IMG/VR virus record: IMGVR_UViG_3300050343_000230
Coordinates: 1-64,000 of that record
DNA length: 64,000 nt
Direction: 5' to 3' (one strand)
Source of the DNA: a virus
Made by a program: the position numbers and the translations under genes. Of this stretch, positions 46,964 to 56,454 are shown piece after piece; position 1 is the stretch's first letter; every line of letters starts with the position of its first letter. The notes beneath the pieces are model-generated. The model saw only the letters and a program-made list of their open reading frames with translations. It had not been told where the DNA came from and ran no database searches.

Positions 46964-47106
46964 TTTTTTACAGAAGGCTTTAACTTAAGTACAGCACGTA
47001 GGACAAGCTGGATCACGCTGTTGTCTTTATACTTAGACATACCAATGATCTCAGACGCTGCAGCAATAATGATCCAAGTAATTGGACTGGATAAAATTTC
47101 TTGCAT
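46960..47106 (-). CDS. Small membrane protein, possible holin (48 aa, not in ORF track)
   Basis: MQEILSSPITWIIIAAASEIIGMSKYKDNSVIQLVLRAVLKLKPSVKK: hydrophobic helix and basic C-terminus, next to the endolysin. Confidence 0.6.
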   Translation of the reverse strand: MQEILSSPITWIIIAAASEIIGMSKYKDNSVIQLVLRAVLKLKPSVKK

Positions 47107-47132
47107 GATAGAACTAATGAAGTATAACTATT

Positions 47133-47864
47133 CTAACGATCAAATTTTTCGTCGTTTTCATGCGGCGTATAAACAGTAAATTTATATTTACTTTTTGTTT
47201 CTGTTTTGGTTTCCCAGAAGTAATCTTCTGATTCCCCTAAACGCCCCCACTTAGCATTTGGATATTCGACATTGAAGTACCTGGTCGAGACAAGAAAATC
47301 GGGTGTCTTAAGTTCTTCTGGCGACAAACTAGGGTCAGTAATACAACATCGGTTGTTGGGGTACGCTGCGAATTGACCATTTCGCAATGCAATGACATTG
47401 AAGGATTTATGTTCGTCTGGCGTTTCTGCGAAAGATAAATCAGTCCTAGAGCGGTCCCCATTAAAACTGTCAATAGTAAACAGATAATCTCCGGAGAGAG
47501 AACCGTGGGTTTTGGTTCTGATTTCCCAGCCCATTGTGTAGGTAAGATTTTTTTCCAAGGTGGTAATGTCATAGCTAAAGCAATTCCAAAATTGAAGTTC
47601 TTCTAAAGGCAGATCAGGTGTGGGTGCTTCTGGTATTTCTGGATGATCTGAATCCCATACTAAGAAAGCAGAAATAGGAAGCTTGTCGTATAACGCACCA
47701 TATGACGGTATGAACGTCTCGAAGTAAAAGCACCGCCCTGGAAGGGATTTAATACTGACCCAATAACCAAGCACATACTCACCATGCCCATCACGCATAT
47801 CGCGTAAGTACTCTTTACGTACCCAAACTTTTTGTGCGGGTGCATTCGTAATCAGTGTTGACAC
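47133..47864 (-). CDS. Conserved marine phage hypothetical protein
   Basis: VWVRKEYL.D...GHGE...YGA.YDKLPISAF...NGQFAAYPNNR pattern. Confidence 0.75.
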   Translation of the reverse strand: MSTLITNAPAQKVWVRKEYLRDMRDGHGEYVLGYWVSIKSLPGRCFYFETFIPSYGALYDKLPISAFLVWDSDHPEIPEAPTPDLPLEELQFWNCFSYDITTLEKNLTYTMGWEIRTKTHGSLSGDYLFTIDSFNGDRSRTDLSFAETPDEHKSFNVIALRNGQFAAYPNNRCCITDPSLSPEELKTPDFLVSTRYFNVEYPNAKWGRLGESEDYFWETKTETKSKYKFTVYTPHENDEKFDR

Positions 47865-47868
47865 CTAA

Positions 47869-48033
47869 TCACACATCGTATTCACGGCACTCTAACGCCC
47901 ATGGCTCTAGCCTGCAATACTCTTTAAACGCTTCTGTTGGACGAGAAGATAACTTTATATCTGTTTTATTTTTTGTTCCTTCCCAATAGCTTCTAATCAA
48001 ATCAACAGGGGATGTTACTAATGGATTAGTCAT
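47869..48033 (-). CDS. cp12: CP12-like peptide with only the C-terminal Cys pair (54 aa, not in ORF track)
   Basis: MTNPLVTSPVDLIRSYWEGTKNKTDIKLSSRPTEAFKEYCRLEPWALECREYDV; terminal YC-x3-P-x3-EC-R-x-YD is the CP12 tail. Confidence 0.65.
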   Translation of the reverse strand: MTNPLVTSPVDLIRSYWEGTKNKTDIKLSSRPTEAFKEYCRLEPWALECREYDV

Positions 48034-48057
48034 CACATATTTATCAGTCAGTATAGT

Positions 48058-48993
48058 TTACTGGGAGGTAGCGAAAGGAGCGAAGACCCCTGATGGGAAA
48101 CGCTCATCATATGAATGATCTCTATCCCACGCTGCTTTCCATTCAGACAGCGAATGGTTAGGAGGAATCGTATTATACCAATTCTCTGTTGCATCTAAAT
48201 TAATCTTGCTACCCTCATTTGGCGCTTCTAAATCAGGACCAATGACCCACGTTAAAGGGTTTTTTGTCACAGTATTTTCAAAATTTACTTGCACAAAAAT
48301 TCCTGATGCAATCTCCGAAAATACAGGTGTATAAGCACTTAGTTCATTAAGCGTGACAGTTTGCGTAACTACCTGAGGGATTTCCAGGAACCCTGCACTG
48401 CTGTTTCCAAAATCTTCTTGCAACATATAAGCAACAAGAAAATCTTCAGTCATAATAAAGTTTTCTTCAATCTCTGAAAACTCAACAACTAAACCAACTC
48501 CATACTGGAATAGTTCATTGCGTGTAGCAGACACGCAGAACATGTACTCACCTGGAACAAGGTCGTAAAATAATTCGTCGCCCTTGTTATAAGCTTTTGG
48601 ATCATATGTATTGTATAAATCTGACTGACCACCTGCTACATCACCCTTGTAGGCACGGGGTTCTTGATGAATAACCCGACTTTCAATCGGGTTTTTATTC
48701 ATGTCATAGAAAGCAATCTCAAAACGAGTGGAGGTATCACTAAACCGATTGGTAGGTACGTAGTTACTAGTAGCTAATTTAGTGCCTGCTTTAATAGCAA
48801 TTATGCAAGCATCATCTAATAGTGTAAGTTTGAACCAGTTGTTATAAGTGTCATTGCCATACCCCCCTTGAATGATCTGACTTTTTGGTCCAAGCGTTCC
48901 TGTAAGAAGACGCAAGGATGTGCGATCAAAACGACCTAGGTTAAGGGGATTAAATTGTGATCGCTCCCTTTGAGGTACGCTCGGGTTCGTCAT
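48058..48993 (-). CDS. Hypothetical beta-rich protein
   Basis: 311-aa ORF. Confidence 0.7.
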   Translation of the reverse strand: MTNPSVPQRERSQFNPLNLGRFDRTSLRLLTGTLGPKSQIIQGGYGNDTYNNWFKLTLLDDACIIAIKAGTKLATSNYVPTNRFSDTSTRFEIAFYDMNKNPIESRVIHQEPRAYKGDVAGGQSDLYNTYDPKAYNKGDELFYDLVPGEYMFCVSATRNELFQYGVGLVVEFSEIEENFIMTEDFLVAYMLQEDFGNSSAGFLEIPQVVTQTVTLNELSAYTPVFSEIASGIFVQVNFENTVTKNPLTWVIGPDLEAPNEGSKINLDATENWYNTIPPNHSLSEWKAAWDRDHSYDERFPSGVFAPFATSQ

Positions 48994-49690
48994 CTATATC
49001 TTGCCGAGTCTGCGTATTGCTTTCTATTTTAGGATCTCTAATTGTTGGCCTATACAACTGTTTTAATAGGTAATCAATTGTCTGTCCTTTGCTTTGACGC
49101 AAAGCCATGATGGCATGTTTCTGCGGATCCCAATCCAGGGACAAGTATTGGAATGAAACTGGCCTGCGCTTAGCAGAAGAATTAAAGCTGGAGGTTGTAT
49201 GTAAAGGATTTACACAGCTTTCATCACCACAAAGATTGGCTGCTGTTGTTACGTACATCCTGCCCACGTCACCCCAGAAGGCTTGGTAAATAATTTTCTT
49301 TGTCTGCACACGGTCAGTAAGACGACCAGTGTTGTGGCTTCTCCAAGAGGGATAAGACGGTGCTTTAAAACTTTTACGCACATGCCAGCAACCTTCGTGA
49401 GGTGCCTCTGGATTATCCATCACCACGTTTTTCATCACCCTAGTAAGGATGTTCTGGTAATCTCTGTGGATAAAGTTCAGATCAAGACCACAAACGTTGG
49501 ATTCGATCTTCAAAGCGCAGTGATAACACCAGTGTCTTTCTGAGTCTCGTATGCGATGACCGAGATGGCAGGGAAAACCAAGGTAGAAACCTTGCTCTTC
49601 AAGGGAACCATTGGGATCTAGGTAACGAAAACTCCTGTCAATCACTGCTTTCTTGCCTCTGATGCCCTTCCTGTCATCAACATTGGCCAT
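48950..49690 (-). CDS. Zn-finger plus degenerate HNH (His-Me finger) protein
   Basis: PCHLGH...WCYHC N-terminal Zn site; CW...YQAFWG...CGDESCVNPLH, lacking the usual catalytic His before the Cys pair. Confidence 0.6.
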   Translation of the reverse strand: MANVDDRKGIRGKKAVIDRSFRYLDPNGSLEEQGFYLGFPCHLGHRIRDSERHWCYHCALKIESNVCGLDLNFIHRDYQNILTRVMKNVVMDNPEAPHEGCWHVRKSFKAPSYPSWRSHNTGRLTDRVQTKKIIYQAFWGDVGRMYVTTAANLCGDESCVNPLHTTSSFNSSAKRRPVSFQYLSLDWDPQKHAIMALRQSKGQTIDYLLKQLYRPTIRDPKIESNTQTRQDIDDEPERTSKGAITI

Positions 49691-49701
49691 AGTTCAAGCA
49701 A

Positions 49702-49883
49702 AGTTGAGGAGTTGAGGGTCCAATACTAACTCTTTTATTCTATGCAGTGTCATTTTAGCCCGACATTTTAGCCGTAACTTTAGCCCTCAGACAGCGCAGG
49801 CCCAAAATCGCGGCCAAAGTTGCAGGCCAAAATGACACTACATACATGAAGGGAGTAGGAATGAACCCCTCAACTTCTGAACT
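49702..49883. repeat. Long imperfect inverted repeat containing six iteron-like motifs
   Basis: 85-bp arms 49702-49786 and 49799-49883, 59/85 identical without gaps (hand count); three TTTAGCC units on the left, three inverted G(G/C)CCAAA units on the right. Confidence 0.85.
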
Positions 49884-49927
49884 CCAACCGTCGCATTTGA
49901 ATCTCAGACTGAGACTGGTTAGCCATT

Positions 49928-49946
49928 AAAAAAGCCCCGAAGGGCT
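49928..49946 (-). terminator. Rho-independent terminator of the primase/glycosyltransferase operon
   Basis: AGCCC-TTCG-GGGCT followed by T-run on the - strand. Confidence 0.85.
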
Positions 49947-49951
49947 GGTGG

Positions 49952-51208
49952 TCAGTCAGCCACGCCTACTGGTTCAAGCTTCTTTCCACCCTTGCGGCGA
50001 CGGCGTACCTTGGGGCGGGGGGGCTCGATCTCTTTCAGGGTCTCAGCAAAGACTTCCTCGAACTGGTAAGCGACGGTATCCCACTGGTACTTGGTATCCG
50101 TGGCACGTTCATAGCAAGCCTTGCCAACCTCTTCAAGCTTCTCGCGATTCTCATATAAGTCGCAAAGGATCTCACAGAGATGCTCGGCGCTAGGCACCGG
50201 CATATCACGGTTGTAGTTCATGTCCACATCAATGAAGCAGTTATCGATCAATGGTGCGGCACCTTCAAAGATCTCCTTGAGACTCGTGTGATTAGGCACC
50301 ACCTGGGCGATGCCACAGGCGGCGGACTCATGGTTGACTAACCCGTGTCCCTCACCTTTACAAGTATTTACCGAGACATCGGCCGTGTTGTAGATAAGAT
50401 TCAGTAACTCAACAGGGACTGAAGGCGGATGCGGAGACTGAGCAGTCATGACGATCCTGCCATTGGGATCCAGCCCACGCTTGAGCATCTCCCTGGAGAA
50501 CAGGGGCATGATGTCCCACCCTTGATCTTTCAATCCCATGTGAAGATACAGCTTGGTATCTGGTCGGCCAACGGCGAACTGAGCAAAAGCATCAATCGTG
50601 ATATCGATGCGCTTACGTCCTTGGTTCCGATTTCCATTGAAAACAATGAAGCCCTCCTCGGGAATGCCGAGTTTTTTCCTCGCTTCCTTCTTATTGACAG
50701 AGAAGAACTGTCCGTCAGTGACGCCGTGGGGGATTACAGTCACAGGCTTTTGGATTCCTGCGGCCATAAGTTCGTAAGCCCCGAAGTCTGTGTAGACAAC
50801 AATGTTGTCCCAGGCATTGGCGTGGTCTTTCAAGCAGCCCGTCCAGCCGTAGCTGTCCATCGGCATGTAAGCAATGAACTTAAAGTGCTTTGCTTCATGC
50901 AGATCCTTGATCTTGGCATAGATCGCATTGACGATCCACGCATCATTATTGATAAAAATCAGATCGGGTTTTTCCTTCTCAACGATCTCGCGGACACGAA
51001 GAGTACCGAAGGGCTCCGTTTGGAAACGGTTGGATGAGGGATACATCTTGAAGTCCTTCTGGAATTCATTTGGATCACCCCACCAGTTATTACCCAATAC
51101 AACGATCTCATATTTATCTTTCAATCGTGTAATCAAATTTTCTGTTACACGAGCAAAGCCAGTACGAGCAACGATGTCACCTGACCATAGGATCTTCGGC
51201 TTCGACAT
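49952..51208 (-). CDS. Glycosyltransferase family 4 (GT-B)
   Basis: TGFARV, IPHGV, NRNQGRKRID, GEGHGL...E..ACG motifs; start placed at MSKPKILW. Confidence 0.88.
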   Translation of the reverse strand: MSKPKILWSGDIVARTGFARVTENLITRLKDKYEIVVLGNNWWGDPNEFQKDFKMYPSSNRFQTEPFGTLRVREIVEKEKPDLIFINNDAWIVNAIYAKIKDLHEAKHFKFIAYMPMDSYGWTGCLKDHANAWDNIVVYTDFGAYELMAAGIQKPVTVIPHGVTDGQFFSVNKKEARKKLGIPEEGFIVFNGNRNQGRKRIDITIDAFAQFAVGRPDTKLYLHMGLKDQGWDIMPLFSREMLKRGLDPNGRIVMTAQSPHPPSVPVELLNLIYNTADVSVNTCKGEGHGLVNHESAACGIAQVVPNHTSLKEIFEGAAPLIDNCFIDVDMNYNRDMPVPSAEHLCEILCDLYENREKLEEVGKACYERATDTKYQWDTVAYQFEEVFAETLKEIEPPRPKVRRRRKGGKKLEPVGVAD

Positions 51209-53792
51209 TAGTATTCTTAACCTTATGTTCGAGCTGTATGTTACCGTAAAAATCACGGTACTTGTTAACATCCTGGGCTAAATCAATCAGGGAAGGATAA
51301 CCAGAATCAGTTTCATAGCTACGGATTCTAATGTTGAACAGCTGAATAGTTCGCTGATTCCCCTTGTAAACATTGAGGTTTAGCTGATGGTTGAGGATAT
51401 CCATGAGCATGTTTTCAAACCGTGCTCGTGACATCATATTCACATTGTTGTTACGGCAAAACTCACCGTAGTTGGCATAGAGCCTTGTCTCTGCGTAGTG
51501 ATAATAAGTACGAGCATCCTTAGCAGCAGGCTTGCAATCACCGATGTAGGACATGCAGTTGTTGTCGAACACGATGTTGGTATGCAGCCAGTCCATGATT
51601 GGATTGGATCGGATGTGTTGTTGCGTCGTGAATTTCTGGAAATAAGCAACCCGCTCTTGGGTTTGTAGCAGATAGCTACGCATGTCCTCTTCTGACATTT
51701 GCAGTACCCAGTTGACCAGTCCTGGCATATAAGGAGCAAACTCTCCAGATGTGGTATGGCGATCACAATTAATCAGAACCCTTTGCTGCTTTGCATTACC
51801 AGTGAAGGGACGATCAAAAGGAATTGTTAAGCGACGACGAAACAAGCCAGAGCTTGGGTCAGTAGTTTGGATCTGTTCGTTGGCTGTGATCATGATCAAG
51901 CCATCAAATTTAAATGTTGATTCTGTCTGCTTGTACTTGTGCTCACAGTTGATCAAGTCAGTACCCGTCAGGGCTTTGAGCATTGAAACGTTGCCGCCGT
52001 AACGCTCAACATCATTGAATAGCAGAAGCTTTTTATTAACAAGTTTGGAGGTTTCAAATCTGTTTTTCTCAAGCCGTTCCATGGTTGAGACTGCTGCATT
52101 GTCGAAACCAACCAGTGCATGACAGAGGTTTGCGAAAGTTGACTTACCGGATTTACCGGGTCCGACAATCTCAACAAAGCGTTGGATACTATCTGCGCTA
52201 GTAAGTACAGCCCTTAACCATGCACGAAGGAGTTGCACTCGCTCCCAATCATTGTGCTGTGTAAATTTCAGCCAGCGAACAATAGGTTCGCAGGTTGCGC
52301 TTGAGTCATACTCATAAGGCAATGAACGGTTGATGTAGTTTTCTTTCTTAAAGCCCTCAATCTCCTCTGTTGCAGTATTGAAAATGCCATTACGGAACAG
52401 GATCAACTCTTTATTAATGTTCCATTCAGAATTCTGCAGTGACTGAGACAACAAAATATACTGATCATTGATGGTGGAAACACCAAAACCCCTTGGCAGT
52501 AGTTCGTTTTTGATACGACTGAGCATGGAGTACAGCTCATGTTTCATCTCAGCTTCTGAAACCCCACTCCACAAACCCCATGCTTCACGTTCATAGATAT
52601 AGAACTGGTTTGAAGCAGGATCAAAGAGCAACTTACCGGCAAACATCTGGGTCAAAATGTCACACAGTTCGTTCGCTGGCGCATTTCGTTTTTTATTCAT
52701 CTCATTACCATCGGCATCGCCATCGAACTGCCGAGACTTTGGGAAGGTTTGCACCCTATTAAATGTGATTTCATCAGGTACTTCGGGTTCAGAATCCAAC
52801 ATTGCTTTCAACATGTCGCTTAGTGCCTCTATTGATTCATCGGCTACCGGCATTGCCCGGTATTCCTGAGATGGCTTGAAGCCATACTGTTTTGCATTGT
52901 GATATAAGGTGCCAGCTGTGATACCACCACCAGAAGAAAATGACCGCCACTTTTGATGGCAGGCACCATTCCTATATTTTTCAGACTGCTTAGACCATTC
53001 ATCCCACTCATCACAGAGTGCTTCATCAACTGAATGCAAGGCTTGACCTGCGGTCAGCCATGCGTCGTAATCATCAGCACATTCGGGAGGCAAAGTCCAT
53101 AATGCTTTGACTGCTTCTTTAACTTCAAAGTCATGGCCTAGTTTTGCATTGATAGCAAAGGATTCGCCATACATACGCGAATGCGTTTCGTTTGGCTTAC
53201 CTTGCTTCATATTCTTCAGTACAATGCCAGCAAGAATCCAATCAGGAATCTCAGGCAATTCTTTAGAAAAAGTGAAGTCCTCTTGCTCTTTCGTGAAGTA
53301 GCCCTCAGTATCCGGGTGCATACCCATGAGGACGCCTTGGCACCGCTTCCAAAGTATTTCAAGTTTCTCGCCATCCCCTTCTGCATGCCAGGCATATTTA
53401 TTACGGATGAACTTATCCCAATTGTTTTTGGAAACACGGTAGAGCTTACGCTCTCTACCCTCTCTGCCACTACAGATTGTCAGGGTTGGAGGGAGTGCTT
53501 CGTTGAGGGGCAATCCACTTTCTTTTTTAATAAGTTCGTAAACAGTAGGGCCATCGATGTCAATCCAGACCAAACCATAGGGCTCGTTGTAAACAGGCCC
53601 ACCAATAAGACCAACAGCTTTGGCACGTCCTTCTTCTAGTTCTTTCCCAACATCTTCTACTGCGTATGGTTTGTTTTGCCAGCCCTGGATGTAAGGGTTT
53701 TTTCTATCACCAATCGGGGTAAGAGGCCAGTCAAGAGGGATTAAGCCAAGATTAATTTCGCCGGGTTTTAATGCTGAAGACATTTGATTCAC
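51177..53792 (-). CDS. Primase-helicase (prim-pol + PriCT-2 + D5-like SF3 helicase)
   Basis: WPLTP...K.P...GWQ and DIDG prim-pol motifs; DYD.W...G.ALH...WDEWS..S.KY PriCT-2; Walker A GPGKSGKS; LKALTG.D....E.KYK; RR...IPF. Confidence 0.9.
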   Translation of the reverse strand: MNQMSSALKPGEINLGLIPLDWPLTPIGDRKNPYIQGWQNKPYAVEDVGKELEEGRAKAVGLIGGPVYNEPYGLVWIDIDGPTVYELIKKESGLPLNEALPPTLTICSGREGRERKLYRVSKNNWDKFIRNKYAWHAEGDGEKLEILWKRCQGVLMGMHPDTEGYFTKEQEDFTFSKELPEIPDWILAGIVLKNMKQGKPNETHSRMYGESFAINAKLGHDFEVKEAVKALWTLPPECADDYDAWLTAGQALHSVDEALCDEWDEWSKQSEKYRNGACHQKWRSFSSGGGITAGTLYHNAKQYGFKPSQEYRAMPVADESIEALSDMLKAMLDSEPEVPDEITFNRVQTFPKSRQFDGDADGNEMNKKRNAPANELCDILTQMFAGKLLFDPASNQFYIYEREAWGLWSGVSEAEMKHELYSMLSRIKNELLPRGFGVSTINDQYILLSQSLQNSEWNINKELILFRNGIFNTATEEIEGFKKENYINRSLPYEYDSSATCEPIVRWLKFTQHNDWERVQLLRAWLRAVLTSADSIQRFVEIVGPGKSGKSTFANLCHALVGFDNAAVSTMERLEKNRFETSKLVNKKLLLFNDVERYGGNVSMLKALTGTDLINCEHKYKQTESTFKFDGLIMITANEQIQTTDPSSGLFRRRLTIPFDRPFTGNAKQQRVLINCDRHTTSGEFAPYMPGLVNWVLQMSEEDMRSYLLQTQERVAYFQKFTTQQHIRSNPIMDWLHTNIVFDNNCMSYIGDCKPAAKDARTYYHYAETRLYANYGEFCRNNNVNMMSRARFENMLMDILNHQLNLNVYKGNQRTIQLFNIRIRSYETDSGYPSLIDLAQDVNKYRDFYGNIQLEHKVKNTNVEAEDPMVR

Positions 53793-54010
53793 TACTGGAT
53801 CCTCACTGTAAGTTGTTTTGAGTTGTTTGTAGATTTTTTTGCAATGTCGTAAGCATGTGCGTGAGCGTCTGAGGGCAACAGAAAGCAGTCACCATCACAA
53901 GCTTCATCCAAAGCCTGTGTGATCGCTGAGATCCATTGCCCTGTCTGGATTCTTATCTCCATAGGGCCTCTTTTGTTTGCGTCTTTTAATCTTAGTTGTA
54001 CTGAATCCAA
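53792..54010 (-). CDS. Small hypothetical protein
   Basis: 72 aa, coupled to the primase start. Confidence 0.5.
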   Translation of the reverse strand: MDSVQLRLKDANKRGPMEIRIQTGQWISAITQALDEACDGDCFLLPSDAHAHAYDIAKKSTNNSKQLTVRIQ

Positions 54011-54053
54011 GAAAAATTAGAGTGAAATAGAATAAATAAAAAGATCAGGCAAG

Positions 54054-54848
54054 ATGTACGGTAACAATTTTGATTACACAGGACAACAGCCTGATGTAGA
54101 TCGTGAGATCTTGCAAGAGATCATGGATGATACGCGAAACAATACAAATAAATACACCGCACAAGGATTCCCAGATTCTGACATGGGAGATCGGTTTGAA
54201 GAAGCTGGTGTCGGTGATGTTAGTGCCTTTTTAGACGAAGCTTATGCACCTTTTATACCTGAGCAAACTCCGTCTTATGCAGACTTTATGTCGAAGACAC
54301 CCCAAAATATTGCCAATACAATTGGGGCAGTGCAAGCGCAATATCAAACAGGACGTGCTGCTAGAACACAAGACTTTCAAAACATACTGAATGACGTAAA
54401 AAAATATACGTATGGTGATGATGATGCCTTTGCTAATGCCGGTTCACCAGCAATTCCTAACACTGTAGATCTAGATAATTTGAATGGAAACAACGCAGCT
54501 GCTGCAGAAATTGATGCTCTTAGAATCAAACGTATCCAGGCAGTTGATGGCGAGCCTCTAGAATATTTTGCTGACACATTCGGTAAATCATTTGGTCTTA
54601 ATGACTACGACAGATTACTGGCAGGAGGCCAGAGTGAAGATGTTATACAAGGTCGTATAAACCAGTACGCAAAAGAAGGAGGTACGTTTGGCGCAGGAGT
54701 AAAACAAATGGACTTTTTTGAACCACGCCCTACTATTGGTAGCTTTATGAAAGGCAGTGGCTTTGGTAAAGAAGATAAAGCACGAGCCCAAGGAGCAGGT
54801 TACTCTAATGCTGAAATCAGGGAATGGAAGAAAAAAACTGGTAATTAA
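54054..54848 (+). CDS. Hypothetical protein
   Basis: 264 aa; own TAGAATAAA element at 54028. Confidence 0.65.
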   Translation: MYGNNFDYTGQQPDVDREILQEIMDDTRNNTNKYTAQGFPDSDMGDRFEEAGVGDVSAFLDEAYAPFIPEQTPSYADFMSKTPQNIANTIGAVQAQYQTGRAARTQDFQNILNDVKKYTYGDDDAFANAGSPAIPNTVDLDNLNGNNAAAAEIDALRIKRIQAVDGEPLEYFADTFGKSFGLNDYDRLLAGGQSEDVIQGRINQYAKEGGTFGAGVKQMDFFEPRPTIGSFMKGSGFGKEDKARAQGAGYSNAEIREWKKKTGN

Positions 54849-55693
54849 ATAAGGTCTCTGTCATAGACAGGGCAACGGTCAAGTTGTTTGTAGTATTCCT
54901 CTACAACCTTTAGCCATTTGTCCTGACAAGAATCAAGATGACGACGAGAGATTTTAAAGAGCTGCGTATCCTCTGGTGTTGACACAAGGATGGCAGCTTG
55001 CTGTACTTTCATGTTTAATGTCTGCTCAATACCAAGGGCATAAGCTCCTAGCTGCAAGCATGTTTTATTAAACTTCATATAACCACCAAGACGATCCCGC
55101 CATTCCACACTTCCCTTTGGCAAATCTTTAGGCCACCATCTGCAATATGGCTTTACGCTGGTCTTCAGGTCAGCAAGTGTCAGCTTGTTGCCTGCAACTC
55201 CAATGATGTCAGGTGATCCGACCCATGGTCTCTCTTCCTCGTCCCTTCCCCACACGCGCCCGATACCATCTTCGGATAAAGCGAACTCGTGTTCACGCTT
55301 CAGCGGTGTTTCGGCCCAAAGCACTTCTTGGAATTGGTCAAGAATCTCTGGCATCCCGGTCCAAAAGTTTGCGTAATCCGGAAGAACGTCAAAGGCTTCT
55401 TGCTTCAGGTACATCTCCATACAGCTATGTATCGCCGTACCACGTTCTGCTGCAGCTTCTTTGACACCAGGATTATTCTTGGACCACATCTCAAGCTTTT
55501 TCTTATTAGCTTCTGATGCGGTCTCTGAAATTATTGTTGTTACAGATGCTGCTGGCCCTGTCTGGAACGGGGTTTGATAGTGCCGTTTACCATTGATAGT
55601 GACCCTGGCAGGCTTATTGTTTAACGCTTTAAACTCTTCGGGGTCACGAGTATAAATGTCAAAGACAGTTTCAGTATCTGTGTATCCAACCAC
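54845..55693 (-). CDS. PD-(D/E)XK exonuclease
   Basis: SVTTI...RGTAIH...E...G..D...ADLKTS...QLGAY. Confidence 0.85.
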   Translation of the reverse strand: MVGYTDTETVFDIYTRDPEEFKALNNKPARVTINGKRHYQTPFQTGPAASVTTIISETASEANKKKLEMWSKNNPGVKEAAAERGTAIHSCMEMYLKQEAFDVLPDYANFWTGMPEILDQFQEVLWAETPLKREHEFALSEDGIGRVWGRDEEERPWVGSPDIIGVAGNKLTLADLKTSVKPYCRWWPKDLPKGSVEWRDRLGGYMKFNKTCLQLGAYALGIEQTLNMKVQQAAILVSTPEDTQLFKISRRHLDSCQDKWLKVVEEYYKQLDRCPVYDRDLI

Positions 55694-55701
55694 GGCGAGT
55701 T

Positions 55702-56454
55702 GTGTATATTAAGTTGAGTGTAGCGCAATCCCTGGTGAATACAACACAGATCTTTCTCAGCACATTACCAAAAGAAAAGCGAGGAGATTTACCATGGCAA
55801 ATACAAGATGCCATGGAATCTGTACTGGATTGGTATAGCGATACTGACTACACGGTTTACGACAACGAAGCGGTTGAAAAATTTCTTGATACCCATTTCG
55901 AGCCAAAAGTTCGCGCTGCATATGAGAAGCTAAATCCTTTGGCATATAAAGCAGATCTAGCGAGGTACTGCATTCTCTATATCAAAGGAGGATGGTATCT
56001 AGATGTAGGCATCACTGCCCTTGGCAGAGTAGAACCAAAAGAAAATCTATTTGCTTTCCGCAGTATGAATAGATATTCCATGACGAGCTGGGCCTGTGAC
56101 AACGGAATGATCTATTGCAAGGAAGGAAACCCTGCATTGAAACGTGCTATTGATCTTGTAATCTCAAACGTCTCAAATAAGTATTACGGTAAGACACCAT
56201 TGTGTCCCACCGGCCCGTCCCTATGGGGCCGTGCCATTGCAGAATCTGTTAGTGAAGGAAATGAAAGCATGCTTTTTGGTGACTGTGACGAGCTAACACC
56301 CAACCTAATCATCAAAAATAAAGCATTTATCACACCGCAAGGCCAAATCTTGGCTGAATGTAAGCCCACACAAGGTGGTGACCTCACTGGAATGGGAGCA
56401 AGGGACACCAATAACTACAATATTTTCTGGCATAACCGGCAGGTTTACCGTTGA
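55702..56454 (+). CDS. Glycosyltransferase family 32 (OCH1-like)
   Basis: AYKADLARYCILY..GGWYLD and TGP..WG motifs. Confidence 0.85.
   Translation: MYIKLSVAQSLVNTTQIFLSTLPKEKRGDLPWQIQDAMESVLDWYSDTDYTVYDNEAVEKFLDTHFEPKVRAAYEKLNPLAYKADLARYCILYIKGGWYLDVGITALGRVEPKENLFAFRSMNRYSMTSWACDNGMIYCKEGNPALKRAIDLVISNVSNKYYGKTPLCPTGPSLWGRAIAESVSEGNESMLFGDCDELTPNLIIKNKAFITPQGQILAECKPTQGGDLTGMGARDTNNYNIFWHNRQVYR

Noticed and set aside
50429-51281. Long + strand ORFs (202 aa, 117 aa) opposite the GT4 gene
   Set aside because: Antisense shadows in a GC-richer gene; no recognisable motifs or promoter. The same applies to most antisense ORFs in the track, such as 2952-3461 and 37699-38256
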